Below, piece by piece: positions 1-12,065 of a DNA stretch of 45,805 bases. The DNA lies in contig NIVC01001627.1 in NCBI GenBank assembly GCA_002269645.1, positions 1-45,805 of the forward strand. Reading direction: 5' to 3'. The translations under genes were made by a program, and so were the position numbers. A model generated the notes under the pieces. The model was not told the DNA's origin and ran no database searches. It worked only from the letters and a program-made list of their open reading frames with translations. Source of the DNA: Macrostomum lignano (taxonomy: Eukaryota). How positions within the stretch are numbered: the stretch's first letter is position 1; every line of letters starts with the position of its first letter.

Positions 1-238
1 AGCACCAGGGCGCCAGCACCAGGGGCGCCAGCACCAGGGGCGCCAGCACCAGGGGCGCCAGCACCAGGGGCCTAGCCAGGGGCGCCAGCACCAGGGGCGC
101 CGCACCAGGGGCGCCAGCACCAGGGGCGCCAGCACCAGGGGCGCCAGCACCAGGGGCGCCAGCACCAGGGGCGCCAGCACCAGGGGCGCCAGCACCAGGG
201 GCGCCAGCACCAGGGGCGCCAGCACCAGGGCGCCAGCA
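1..238. repeat. 15-bp GC-rich minisatellite (AGCACCAGGGGCGCC)n, ~16 copies, running off the window start
   Basis: Direct tandem repeat with occasional 1-bp indels, which explains the spurious (PWCWR)n ORF 72..320. Confidence 0.95.
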
Positions 239-2006
239 CTAGACGACGCCATGCAGCACCATATACATGTACATGTACATGTACTTCTGGCAGCCGATTT
301 GCGGGCCGCATGGATTGCACAAAAATCTTACAAAAGGCACAGATCAGTAAGGTGTCATGTATATTTTAATGTTTGCTACCTGCAATTTTACTAGGCCCTG
401 CATTATTCATTATGCAATAACCATGATTTAGTCAAGGACTACTTAATTAAGTAATTTACGTAGTCCTGGATTCGTTACGTAGGTGCACGCAGGATCGATA
501 CAGTAATTAGAAATAGGAATTACTGAAATAGAAAAACGAATTTTTTGATACACAAAAATACACGGGATTTTCGAAAGTCTTTAATTTGTAGCGCTCTTCT
601 AATATATGTAAGTAACGATCGACCTGTTTGAAAAATTGTAGCATTTTGGAACAGTTCTTTAGGTCAGAAATCGATTTTTCTGAACGAACGTACATGTATA
701 CAGTGTATATGTAAATAATAAAGTCCCCTAGTTAAAACCCTCTTAGTAAAACATTAGAGATCTTTTATTAATCGCATTTTTTATTGTGTAGCGTTTCCGA
801 AAACTTTTAATTATAATCGGTGACTGCTTTTGCTGAAATGATTCTTCTAAGCTTAACAAAGCTACATTTATTTATCATAAAAATGCACAAAAACTGCAAT
901 CCTAGAGATTTTTGTATCAAAAAATTTATTGTATTAAAAAATATTAAATTTAAGACTTAGATAATGTATAATATATTTATAATGGATACCGTTTTCGACA
1001 AAGTCAATTAGGTTATTATTCTACATTTTTCATAGCGGCCGTAACAAATACTAATTCGTGTAGTTTTGATTTTGAAATTATATAGCTTTCATATTAATTA
1101 ATAAAAAAAGATAATAAACTTTCTGATTTATTTTTTATATATCTTTACCTCCTCTAACTTATGATCAGCTCATACGAGGTATGAATTTGTCCAGTGTTGT
1201 GTTTCCATCTTGTCTTGGCTATTTATTTTCAGCTCAGCTACATATTTTTAGTATATTGGATTAATCTTTTATCGATGCATTATATTAAAATACTTTTTTA
1301 AACTCTGTCATATTCTGTTGGAGTTTTATCTAACATAAAGTAACACTTTATGATAAGTGCAAACTTTATGCAAAGTAACTTAAAAATATATAGTTGATAA
1401 GTTGATAGATAAGTTGATAAGGTATCAAATGAAAATTATTTTCTTGCTTTCTTATGAAAATTTTATACTTAGCAAAGTAAATTTCAAAGCAAATGTCCGC
1501 TTTTATAATTGATTGAACAATACTGCTTATGTGTTTTTTGTATATTGTTCTATGTACATAGGCATTTGCTAGATTTTCTAGATTTTTTCAGAGTTTAAAT
1601 TCTGAAATAAAGTTTTTTTAACTTTCTTTCAAGCTCGCAATGGAATATTCTCTGCGTACTATGCGGCTTGGCAACTCACTTCACCATATGCTATGAGAAT
1701 TTTAACGAAAAAGTTTCAGGTTTGATCACTGACATTTGAGTTGCTAAGCCACAGGGTACTCAGAGAACATTGAACCATTGCGAGGCCTTTACTTTTCTGA
1801 CAGAAAAATGAAAAAAGCACTGAAGAATCAATGAAACAAAGTAGCCTTTGGCCCAAATACGTTCGTATATCAAAACTGGACTTCTGCCGCTAGTGCTTTT
1901 AAATGATTCCGTGGGGATTGATGTGGGCTACTGATGTTAAAGAAATCAATAAAATATTAAATCACATGCTTAAAAAACATTAATTTTTGCAGTCGCCACA
2001 GTAACC

Positions 2007-4681
2007 ATGCCTAACACATCGCATGCTGCGCCAGGCGTCACTTCACCAACAATATTCGACAGTGTCGACACTGTCTGTTACAATGGCGGCGGCAATAGCG
2101 GAGGCGTGCTATTCTGCATCGACACCTCAGGCAGCATGCACTCTAAGCTGCCAGCCGTCCGCTCCGAGCTAGTAGAGCTGCTCAACCGATGGTCGGGCAG
2201 TTCGCGCCGATTCAATTTGATCAGATTTGGCGCCGGCTCTCTGCAGCGCTGGTCTGAAGGCATGGTGGACTGCACACCCGCAGCCATTGTCGACGCGGAC
2301 AGATGGCTTTCGATTGGCGGCACGTCCGGTTGCTGCTCCGACACCCGAGCCGCGCTGACCACAGCCTCCGTTGAGGCAAAAAATTGCGGCGCATCGTCCG
2401 TTTGCCTCGTGACAGACAGTTTGCCAGAGGCCACCCTGACATCTTCGGAGATGTCCTCGCTGCCGCTGCCGGTGCACTGCGTCTACCCCAAAGAGTCGGA
2501 GCTGACGCCGCAGCCGGGTTTGATGGCCGAGCTCCAGCAGATTGCCGGCGCTACCGGCGGTTCGTTGACAGTTGCCAACGTCAGCCATCGAGGTGTCATC
2601 GAACGGGTAGCTCCGGTTGCTCGGACGGCTCCGCCAGCGACTCGCTGGGGCCGTCCTGGCGGTCAACAGGTTCCACCTGCCATTAACGGTGGGAAACTCT
2701 GCTCGGTGACAGCTTCGCTGCGCTGCGACCCGCTGCTAGACGCTCCGGCTCTGCTATTCGAAGGCGAGGACAGAGACGGCTGGCGGTTTGTGTATTCAAA
2801 CCAAGGCCCGCCAGGGACTCACTGGGGCGGCAGCTGGAGCAAGTTTCAGGCTAGTCGGCCAAGAGTTCGAGCCGCAGAACGAGGCGCCTCGCCGCCCAGA
2901 TCACCGCCGCCTTCAATTGCTGGAGTCAGCCTGCTGGGACGTCGAGTGTTGGCAAGGAGACGGTCGGACGGACTCTTCTATGAGGGCACCGTCTTATCAG
3001 AGGTGAGCAAATTTTTCCTTAAAAGTCTTTTCTGTCTTCAATAGAGTATCTCTAATACTCTAATTAGAGAAGCTAGAATTTCAGTAGGAAATTTCCTACT
3101 GATACCGATGGGAATCAGTAACGCGCCTGAATCTCGATATTTTAATAAAGAAATTTCTAACTTCGATTTCAGACATACGTCTAAAAAGACGATATCTTAC
3201 GAGAAAAAATGTCTGTAGTTTTAAAACTCGTATAATACGAGAATACTCGTATAACGTGTACATTCATTGCATCCATTACGCAGGCATCAACTCCCGGCCA
3301 ATTCAACGTAGAACTGCAGACAAACAGACCCAAAAACTGTGCTGGAAAAGACGGCTTCTCAGACACCGAGTACCAAATTACTCCGGTTGGCGAGCTTATC
3401 GCCCTGGACGACGCGCTGCGCCGACAACTGCTCCCAGGAGACTGCGTCCTGGCGCCGCGCGGCCCCAACAGACCCGACTATGGGCCTGCAATCGTGCTGG
3501 ACGGCTACGAGCTGCGTCGGAGACAAGCAGCAGCAGGAGATCGCGTCGAAGACCAACCAGACGACAGCGTCGACGACTGCAAAAGCGGGGGTGGCGTGCG
3601 ACCGTTGGCCGTCGCTTTCACGGACGGCGCGAGCTGCGTGGCGGAGCCGGGAAAGGCAGTTCGTATCAGCCACTCGATGTACCACCGACTGCAGCTCGAG
3701 GCCGTCATGCCAAGGCGGGAGCGGCTCGCCCTGGCCGACTGGACGCCCGAGTACCCGGAGGCGACTCGTCCGGGCTATTTGGCTACGCGGCCGCTCAGGA
3801 ATCCAGACGAATTCGAAGCAGTGCGGCCGGTTTGGCCACCAGGTCGCATGCTTCCGGAAGCTGTTCCGGCTCGATCTCACCGCAGCGGAAGCGTTGATGG
3901 CGGCCGGATGCTCTACGACTCGGCAGAATACGACGAGTTCGAACAGTGGCCAGACGATACGGATCGGCGCGCCGACCAGCTGATTGCCGACTTCGACAGG
4001 CGCCTTGTCGACGCCTCTGTGGGACCAGAAGCTCCAGCTGTTAAGTCAAAGAGTCGCACAGCGCCGACAAAGTCGATTCTGAAGAAGCCACCGCCGGCGC
4101 CGTCAAAGCAGCGATCGTTTGCTGTCGGGGCGAGCACCAACTGGGCTTCGGAGAACGGCTTCTCCTGCGGCTACTCGGGCCATCGGCAATCTTCCAGATG
4201 GACGGTGCGTTCGGCCAATATGTACAACCGACGGCCACTTGAGATCGGCTCGTGTCTCGGCCGGGGCGACTTGGAACTCGAGACTCGTCAACATCGAATT
4301 TACGAGCACAGACGCGCCGTGTCGGCGGAACGCGCAGATGCACTGTTGCGCTCTCGAGCAGACGAGGAGTCTGCCAAGGCCGCTCGACTGGCGCGCATGG
4401 CTGAAACTCGCGGCTCCACAGCCGCTGCCGCCGTAAGCGTCGAAGAGACGCCCGACGGTCGATTCGGTGGCCGACGTCGCATTACTGCCACGCCGCCAGA
4501 CGAGCGATCGCGCGAAAGTCGACGCCGCTACGTTACGCCGCCCTCGGTGCCGACAGAGGAGCGGCCCTGCCGGGTGAGGCGAGTCACTCCGTGCGGCGAC
4601 AGAGGCATCCAAGTGGTCGGAGATGGAAGCGGTGGCGGCGGACTGCAGCGAAGCGTTCGGTTCAGCTCATCAGAGCCGTGA
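2007..4681 (+). CDS. vWA domain + DUF4537 (C11orf16/VWA3B-like) protein with a low-complexity C-terminus; exons 2007-3002 and 3284-4681, ~797 aa
   Basis: MIDAS-type vWA start VLFCIDTSGSM...RFNLIRFG...SVCLVTD. Donor GAG|GTGAGC at 3003 and acceptor TACGCAG| at 3283 join in phase 0 to give GRRVLARRRSDGLFYEGTVLSE-ASTPGQFNVE...LLPGDCVLAPRGPNRPDYGPAIVLDGYELR...LAVAFTDG, which matches my recollection of the DUF4537 pattern. An acceptor TTTGCAG (AG at 1991-1992) lies just upstream of the ATG. Confidence 0.8.
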
Positions 4682-4799
4682 GTTGACAATGAAATGGATT
4701 TGTCGCAAATGTCTAAGATCTGCTATAGTATAAGCGCAGTCCGGGGGCGTCATGGACGTCTGTCCGTGAGCAAAGGACTTCTGGAGGGTGTCTTTGTCC

Positions 4800-4935
4800 C
4801 AGCAGCTGAGGACCTACTAGGGTGGCCCAGCAACTGAGGATTTGGAAGGCTGGCACAGCAACTGAGGTTTAGGAGGCTGGCACAGCAACTGAGGATTTGG
4901 GAGGCTGGCCAGGAAACTGAGGATTTGGGAGGGGT
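4800..4935. repeat. ~28-bp minisatellite (CAGCAACTGAGGATTTGGGAGGCTGGCA), 4-5 imperfect copies
   Basis: Direct tandem repeats seen downstream of the vWA gene stop. Confidence 0.85.
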
Positions 4936-4970
4936 GGCTAGTGGCTTGACGAACGTAGCCTTAAAATTTA

Positions 4971-5303
4971 GTGTCCGCGGTGTCTGAAGTTGAAAACTAT
5001 TGTCATTCTACTCATGAGTACCCACTCGCGCTACAACTCGCTTGCAGAACGGTCACCGCCTGGATCAAGCGCCAGGATCACATGACCCCATCGGAGGTGA
5101 GAAGCAGCGCGCAGCAGCTGGCCGCCAGGCACAAAGACTGCGTCGACGGTCTTGAGCGACAAAGATGGTCAGCTGCGGCGGCTTCAAAGGCACCGCCAGC
5201 TTCAAAGACGACGTCAAGCAAAAAGTCCAACTCGTCGAAGTCAAAGTTGACGTCCACTAAGACTTCTTTGAGTTCCGCCTCCACCGCCAAGGCGTCAGCC
5301 TAG
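4971..5303 (+). CDS. Possible orphan terminal exon with a Ser/Lys-rich tail
   Basis: GC-rich open frame after a TTTAG acceptor-like site. No ATG start, and I could not phase it with the GTGAGT donor at 4678. Confidence 0.25.
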   Translation: MSAVSEVENYCHSTHEYPLALQLACRTVTAWIKRQDHMTPSEVRSSAQQLAARHKDCVDGLERQRWSAAAASKAPPASKTTSSKKSNSSKSKLTSTKTSLSSASTAKASA

Positions 5304-7018
5304 ATAGACGTCCATATATTTTGGAATTTAAAGATTGACCCTCTTCGCGAATGGTAACAACGGGTACTTTTACGTTACCCCGACAAGTTACGACGACATT
5401 CATCGACTGACTGTCGGTGTTATATAAAAGTATCCGCTTGGAAGCGACGTCCATTGACGTTGAGTACGTCGGATAGGTTGGCGAATGTCGAACGTATAGC
5501 TACTTAAAGTGTAAGTAACTGCGGTACAGTTTTTGACTCAGATATCGAATTCGTAAGTTTTTTTAATAAACTTTTTTTCTTAAGAATATTTATTCAACTT
5601 ACGTTATAAATGATTTGTTATTTGCACCTATTTTCATTCCACAAACCTTTTATGTACCATTTTACAATGCAAAAAATACACTCTGTTTGATGACTTTCGG
5701 TTTCAAAACTATTATTAAGTTAGTTTATTTAAATTTGTTTGTTTACTTGCTACTCCTCTAGTTCTGAGCTACGGGACAAATGAAAAAACCCAGAAGTACA
5801 TGCATGAACAACCTCTGCAAGAATTTCGATGCAAGTAGGTAAATTTGTCGATTCAAAGTTGTCCGTTTAAGCTAGTAAATATATATTGTAAGTTTGTCTG
5901 AATGCTACATGTTCAAGGACGTGGAACTTTACAATGATATCATTTGGATTTGAGGCAGGCTACTTTTCTTTAATACAACTCGTAAGCCTAGAAAGACAAA
6001 GCCGACAAAAAATTTCTTTTTCGAGGATTTGTGGATATTGATGGCGAATAAAACTAAAACTTTATTTGTACGACATGTTTCGCTGAACATACAGCATCGT
6101 CAGGTAGAATGAAATATGCTCGTATTTGTGAGACCAACAGGTTACCAAAAAGCTAGTATTGGAAAACATTAAAATTACACAGTCGATAGAACTAAAAAAT
6201 TCTGAGGTGCATACTGCTGCCTCTCCCTGCTTCCAGCACCAAAGTATGAAATTTTGATGACTGGATTAGAAGTTATTTTTTCCTTTGCGTACTTTGTTAT
6301 TTCTTATTAAATTTATTGAGCAGGAACTGAAATCTCATTATTCTATCATTAAATCCATTACTGTCATTAGAGTACAAAAAACAATAAAAACAATTGAGTC
6401 TTTAAAAAGCAGCGTCACAGGCGTGCCTCTGAGCCAGGTCGCCAACGAAGGCCACGGGGGCGCCAGCAGCAACCAGCATGTGGGCCTTATATTTTCAACT
6501 TTTGTTAGTCCAGGAGACTGCTGGATTATCAGAAAAAAGCACCATACTTCAAAACCTTGCTATATATGGCTTAAAGAGCGAAAGCAAATTTGAATCTGTG
6601 GAGATGGCTTTAATGATTTAAAAAATTAAATAAAATTGTTAAAATAAAAAACTCAAAAACAAAGACTTAAAATAAAAATATACACGAAGGAGCAAAAAAT
6701 AAGTTTCACATGACAGTAAAAAATGAAAAACATTTATAAGTATTCACACATCGCACTATCGCAAAAGAGCAAAGACAGGCAATATGATAAAAAATTTCTA
6801 CCATTCAATAAGTGCTCAAATGAGTACAGACTAAAAGTGCTTGAGGCCCATAAGTACATAAAATCACGTAAACAAATCCTGAAAAAGCAACTTGTCAATC
6901 GTGGTGTCAGTGCCCTCCTAGAGCACGAGCTCCTCTCGCTCTCTAATTCCATATCTCTTCCTCTTCGTTGCCGCACTCAAGGACGACTAAATTAAGTAAT
7001 AAAGTAAGTCCTTGGCCG

Positions 7019-7420
7019 CACTGTGCACCAAGCCTTTCTCACTAATTGCGACAACTTCTCACTCACAATTCAACTCCTAAGTTACGCAACTAAGCCGCCG
7101 CGAGGAGGGAAAAGTTGACTGAATCAATAATAAACGTCAGTCGCACAAAATCATAAGTTTATTTTTTATACAAAATGCAATTAGAATCGCGATGCTTAAT
7201 AACGCGTGTTATATCCTCTTGCGTGCAGATTGCGGCGACTCTGCAGGGCATCCCCAGGATGAGGCGGCGCAGAAAGTCCTGGGGAAGCTGCTGCCAAGCG
7301 TTTTCAATGGCATGACGCAGCTTCGCAGCATTCTCTAGCGGACTATCTTTTTGAATGCTTAGATAAACACAAGTGGCAATAAGCTTCGCGCTTACCGTAA
7401 ATTGCGTCACTCGCAATAAG
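7019..7420 (-). mobile_element. 3' remnant of a Tc1-family DNA transposon
   Basis: ENAAKLRHAIENAWQQLPQDFLRRLILGMPCRVAAI (~7200-7340) resembles the Tc1 transposase C-terminus. 7019-7100 resembles the TIR of the element at 19868. Confidence 0.65.
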
Positions 7421-7901
7421 TGAGAAAAATTCATCTTCATTGACTGTTGAGTATATATATATAAATACATCGTTTCCAATTCATTAGGAGCCTGACGATG
7501 CCTGTCGCTTAGCCAAAAATTCCAGTGCTCGCATTCTTATTTTTACGATTCTTACTAGAACAGGCGTCAGTGAACAATTTCTCTTGGACAATTCTAAAAT
7601 AAAAAATACAAGAAAACTATCGGGGTAGCTTTATTCCGTCCGATCCTCGCACACCGCTCCCCCCACTTCATTCTGCAACTCAATTCTTCCGCTTGGCGTA
7701 GCTAAGTTGCGTCACTGGCAAAGATCGAGAGACTTAACCTGCACTCTCAAAAGTGGTGACTACAGATGGAATCTGCTATGATGGCGACTTTTCGATGGTG
7801 TTGAGCACAAATTTCATTTACCAGTATACTACAATCTACGTACATTACATCAAGTAAAGTTTACCGATGAATGTTCACGAAAGCAATTTTAGCTGCCGAT
7901 T

Positions 7902-10900
7902 TCAGCAATCTGCTGTGATCTCGCGGACTTTTGATGACTCAGCGCGTTTTTTCTGCTGCTGATATTTCTCCTCCAGCCACTGAGGCACGTCACCGAACAT
8001 CTTCGTGCTTTTTCTCAACAGCAGCCGCAGCAGCTCCACATCTTGGCAATTCGCTGCAGCAACCACCAGCTCCTGCTCGTCTGCATATTCCATGTGAGCC
8101 ACATGCCGGATCCAGCGTTGAGCATCTGAGTCTCCTGTACCCAACAACTCAAAGCGGAGCGCTTGCAGCAGAGCGTCGAAGTTTACAAAGAAGTAGGTGT
8201 TGTAGTTCTCTAATTCGAGGGGGATGTAATTGAGGATCACAGCAGTGCTATCTGAAATCGGTAGCTTAGGCCGCTTGCGAAGCCAAAAGCAGAACTTCCA
8301 CGCGGAGTCTCGGCTCGTCAGGTGCTCCCTCACGAATTCCGTAGTCGCCTCACTCGCCGACCCCTCAGCGGGCCAGTAGATGCCTCTGCTTGCACTGGAC
8401 GGCCCGCAGTCGCTCACGACTTTCGCTGCAGCATCTCGGTCGCCGAACTTCAGGTAGCTCAGCGCTCTGAGAGACTCTCGCGCCGAGCGGGCGCAGTCTG
8501 GCAGCTTGTCGATCAGCTCCGAGAGACGCTGTCGGGACTCTGTGCTTCGGTCTTGGTCCGACACTCCGAGAAGCGACTCTCTCACGATGTCGTAGATCTC
8601 GTGGTACTCGCAGGTCTTCGCCGTTGACACCGGTTTATCAAACTGCATGAGCGGCAGAATGAGGAACGGGTAGAAGTGGAATCGGCCCGAGTCGGTGACG
8701 GGTCGCAGGCTGTCCTCGAACTCCAGCAGCAGCTCAGGCAGCCTATCGATCGCATCTTTCACTGCATCGGCTGCCTCAGTCAACGCTTGAGTCGCCTTCT
8801 CAGCTGATGAGGTGTCCACGCCTCTCAGGTACACAGCGGCATCGCGAAGGAAAAAGTGATCCATGATCCTGGCGTCAGGTCTGCCTGATCTGCAGTCGCT
8901 CTCAAGCATCTGCAGCGAGCGTCTGGTGAGACTCACGAGATTCCGGGGGTCGTTCCACTGCTCAACCGGTGTCTGGTCGAGCATTCGGAACGCGATGGTT
9001 TTTGCGTGATACGACTTGAAGCCGTTGTGCCGGACGGCCTTCTTCAGCAGCCACTTGAGCGTGACGAACAGCTGGCCCTGCAGAGTGCTGACACTCCGCA
9101 GCAGCCGCCTCTCCAGGAAGCTGGTGCTCACTCGGAGCTGCTGGCCTTCTTTTCCGGGAGGCGCTGCGTGCACCACGTGACAGGGCGATAAGGCAGAGGT
9201 GAGATCGTGCTCTAGCAAACGCAAAACGGACTTGGGGATGTTGGAGACTCTGTTGGTGGCAAGTGGCGCGATAGGCGGGTAGCGGCAGAGGCGGCGGGCC
9301 TCAACAATGTCTACAGCCGGTCTCAGGATGGAGCCATTGTACTGAGTAGCTGGCCTGGATGCTGCAAGCGTAGTTTTGCGAGTGTAAAGAGCGTTAAAAA
9401 TAACATTTTTCGTAAATCTCTCTTATAATTTTTTATTCTTTCTAATAATGAAGTTGCCGAAGTTTAGGACGAACTACTGTGTTAATAGCATCTTCCTCCC
9501 GTGTTTTATGGAGCATGCCAATCATTTATTGAGCTATCCTTTATTGCTTTTATTCCTTAGAATGCCGGGTAGGTGAAAAAGCAACTCTCACCGAAACCAG
9601 GGCAGAATACGTGTCCATTGCTGTACTTCAAAGTCTCAGCAGCCGTCTCTTCAGAGCACTCGCACACATCCTTCGCGTGCAACGAGATGCCTCTGTGCAG
9701 CTGCATGGCATCGATGTCGGACTCCACGCCAGTTCTGCCATCCAGCGAGACCAGGCTGTTCCCCCAGCCCTCGGAGAAGCTGCCCACCAAATAATAGTTA
9801 TCTTTCTTTTGCCTTTTCCTCAGAATATCCTGCAGGACATCAGCCACAGCGCTCTGCAAGGCGGCTCTCGAGTCCACGAATCCCGACCGAAAGAGCTTCG
9901 AGTGCAGCTGCTGGCTGAGGTCCGAGTCGCTGATAGGAGCTCTGAATGAAGAGTTTCGTAACTTTTAGTGCATACTATGCGGAAATTTTATTTTGTGAAA
10001 GGGATTAAAGCTATCAATATTATTTTACACTGCATGTGAACCAGGAGCAATCGTCAAGTAAAAATATTTTTGCGGTGGCAGTTGTTACAATTCCTCATTT
10101 TGTTAAAAGTTTGCTGGGCATATAATAGGGTGTAGGGCACATTTGGCTGCCTTATTACGATTTGAGGGGGTTTCATTATTTTGCATTATATATTCATGAT
10201 ATACAGAAAGTTCTCGCGGTTTCCAAAGTTACGGTTTGTAAGCCTACGGCTCGGCTCGTACATAAATTTCTAAAGGCTTCCAGAAGGTTTGGTGTGCAGA
10301 GGTATACAAATGTCTTTGACTGATGCAGAGCAACCCAAATTGAAGTTTCAGCTACTGTGCTACAGTACCATTACATTAACTTTAAGTACTTGATTTCATT
10401 TAAGGCTTCAAAAACCACCAGAACTTTTTGCTTTACCCATTATTTTTCTCGAAACAAAGGAACTTGCAACTTTATGTTAAATAAACTGAATTCAAATGAT
10501 CTCCTTTTCGCAACATAACAGTTCTTGAGTCGAGCACATACCTTTTATTCGGTGGTTGCAGGCTTGCTCCCCGATTGCCATGCAGTGCACGCTGCAAAAT
10601 CTCTACGGATTTTTTGCTACCAAAGTCCCGAGCGCGCTCAAGAGCCGACTGAATCGAATGCTGAGAGTCGTCGATTACTCGTATGTGGGAGCTGAGCAGC
10701 AACTCGACGATGAGATAGTGGTCATTTTGTGAGGCAATGTAGAGAAGCGACTTGCCTGAGCTAATTTCAACATTGACGTGGGGTTGAGCATCAATGAGCA
10801 ATTTAGCTACGAGATGGCGGCCTTGCTGAGCTGCAATGTAAAGAGGCGACTCGCCGGTGTCTCGACGAAGGCTGACGTCGGCTTGCGCTTTGATGAGTGA

Positions 10901-11665
10901 GTCCACTACAAGATGGTGACCGTTACGGGATGCAATGTAGAGAGGTGACTCGCCATTGTCTTGTTGAAGGTTGACGTCGGCTTGTGCTTCAATAAGCGAG
11001 TAGACCACCTTATTACGACCAAAGCGAGATGCAATGAAAAGAGGTGAAGAACCAGTTCTGCGTTGAAGATTGACATCGGCACCTGCTTTGATGAGCGAAT
11101 TGACCACGTCGAGATGACCGTACTGTGATGCGATGTAGATAGGTGCTTCACCAGGCATTCGCTGAAGATTGACGTCGGCCATTTCCTTGATGAGCAAATC
11201 GACTACGATATGATGACCGTTGCAGGATGCAATGTACAGAGGTGAGGCACCAGTTCTTCGTTGAAGATTGACGTTAGCTTCTGCTTGAAGGAGCAGTTGA
11301 ACCACCCGGTAGCAACCAAATTTTGATCCGATGTAGAGAGGCGTCTCACCGTCGTTGTTTTGTAGATCGACGTCAGCTCCAGCTTTGATCAGCGTCCGAA
11401 CCGCCAGATGTTGGCCGTGCTCTGAAGCGAGGTGAAGTGCAGAGGATCCATCGCAGTTTCTCTGGTCGATATTCAAGTTCTCCTGAGCAAGTCTTAGCAA
11501 GATTTTGTCCCTCCCTAAGCAGCTCGCAAGCATAACTAGTGTGATCTCGGATTCATTCCAAGTGTAAAAGGTGTCAATATTGTGTCCACAAGATATGTAA
11601 TTCTCAAGGGCTTGAATTTCGTTGGCTTCAATTGCGGAAATGATTGCAGCATTTTTGGGCTCCAT
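7902..11665 (-). CDS. Ankyrin-repeat / Mab-21 (cGAS-like receptor, cGLR) fusion protein; exons 11665-10542, 9941-9592, 9361-7902, ~977 aa
   Basis: Exon 1 has ~10 canonical 33-aa ankyrin repeats (SPLYIAS.NGH..VV..LI...ADVNL). Donor AG|GTATGT (10541, phase 2) matches acceptor TTCATTCAG| (9942). Exon 2 has YLVGSFSEG...ESDIDAM. Donor G|GTGAGA (9591, phase 1) matches acceptor GCTTGCAG| (9362). Exon 3 has [30 protein letters not shown] and FKSYHAKT...TPVEQW, all Mab-21 family motifs. The frame stays open across both junctions. Confidence 0.85.
10590..11650 (-). repeat. Coding ankyrin array (~10 x 99 bp) of the ANK-cGLR gene
   Basis: 33-aa periodicity in ORF 10472..11665. Confidence 0.92.
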
Positions 11666-12065
11666 TGCAACCTCCTTGATTGGCTCGCCGCTGCTAAAGA
11701 AGGACCAAAATTAGGCAGACAGCCCTGCAATAATTCGCTGCAACAACTTCAATGTCGAAAGGTACCGTGTTGAAATATTGACTAGTTAAAGACCTAGGTC
11801 TGGAGTTCTGCACAAATAAAAAGCAAATTGAGCTGTTCATAAAGTGAAAAGTCGGTCCTTATCTCTCCTTATCTTTAAATGCGAGCTACGTCACAGTGTT
11901 CGCTCACTGTACAACAGACATTTAGCTAATATGGAATGCGGACGCAGATCGAAGAAGACGAATAACATTATAACATTTAGCTCGTAGCTATTACTGTGTT
12001 GGTTTGTGACTGGTCTTGACTAGTCAATAACCAGTTTTAAACCCCTCTCCCTCTGTCCGTGCTGT

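Noticed and set aside
264-283. (TACATG)n tracts here and near 30250-30290 and 33895
   Set aside because: Common simple repeat with no locus-specific meaning.
72-320. (PWCWR)n ORF
   Set aside because: Antisense reading of a 15-bp minisatellite.
6450-6475. GGGGCGCCAGCA matching the 15-bp satellite
   Set aside because: A single 12-bp GC-rich match; likely coincidence.
11838-11855. IRF/ISRE-like AAAGTGAAAAGT upstream of ANK-cGLR
   Set aside because: A single imperfect short motif in AT-rich DNA is expected by chance.
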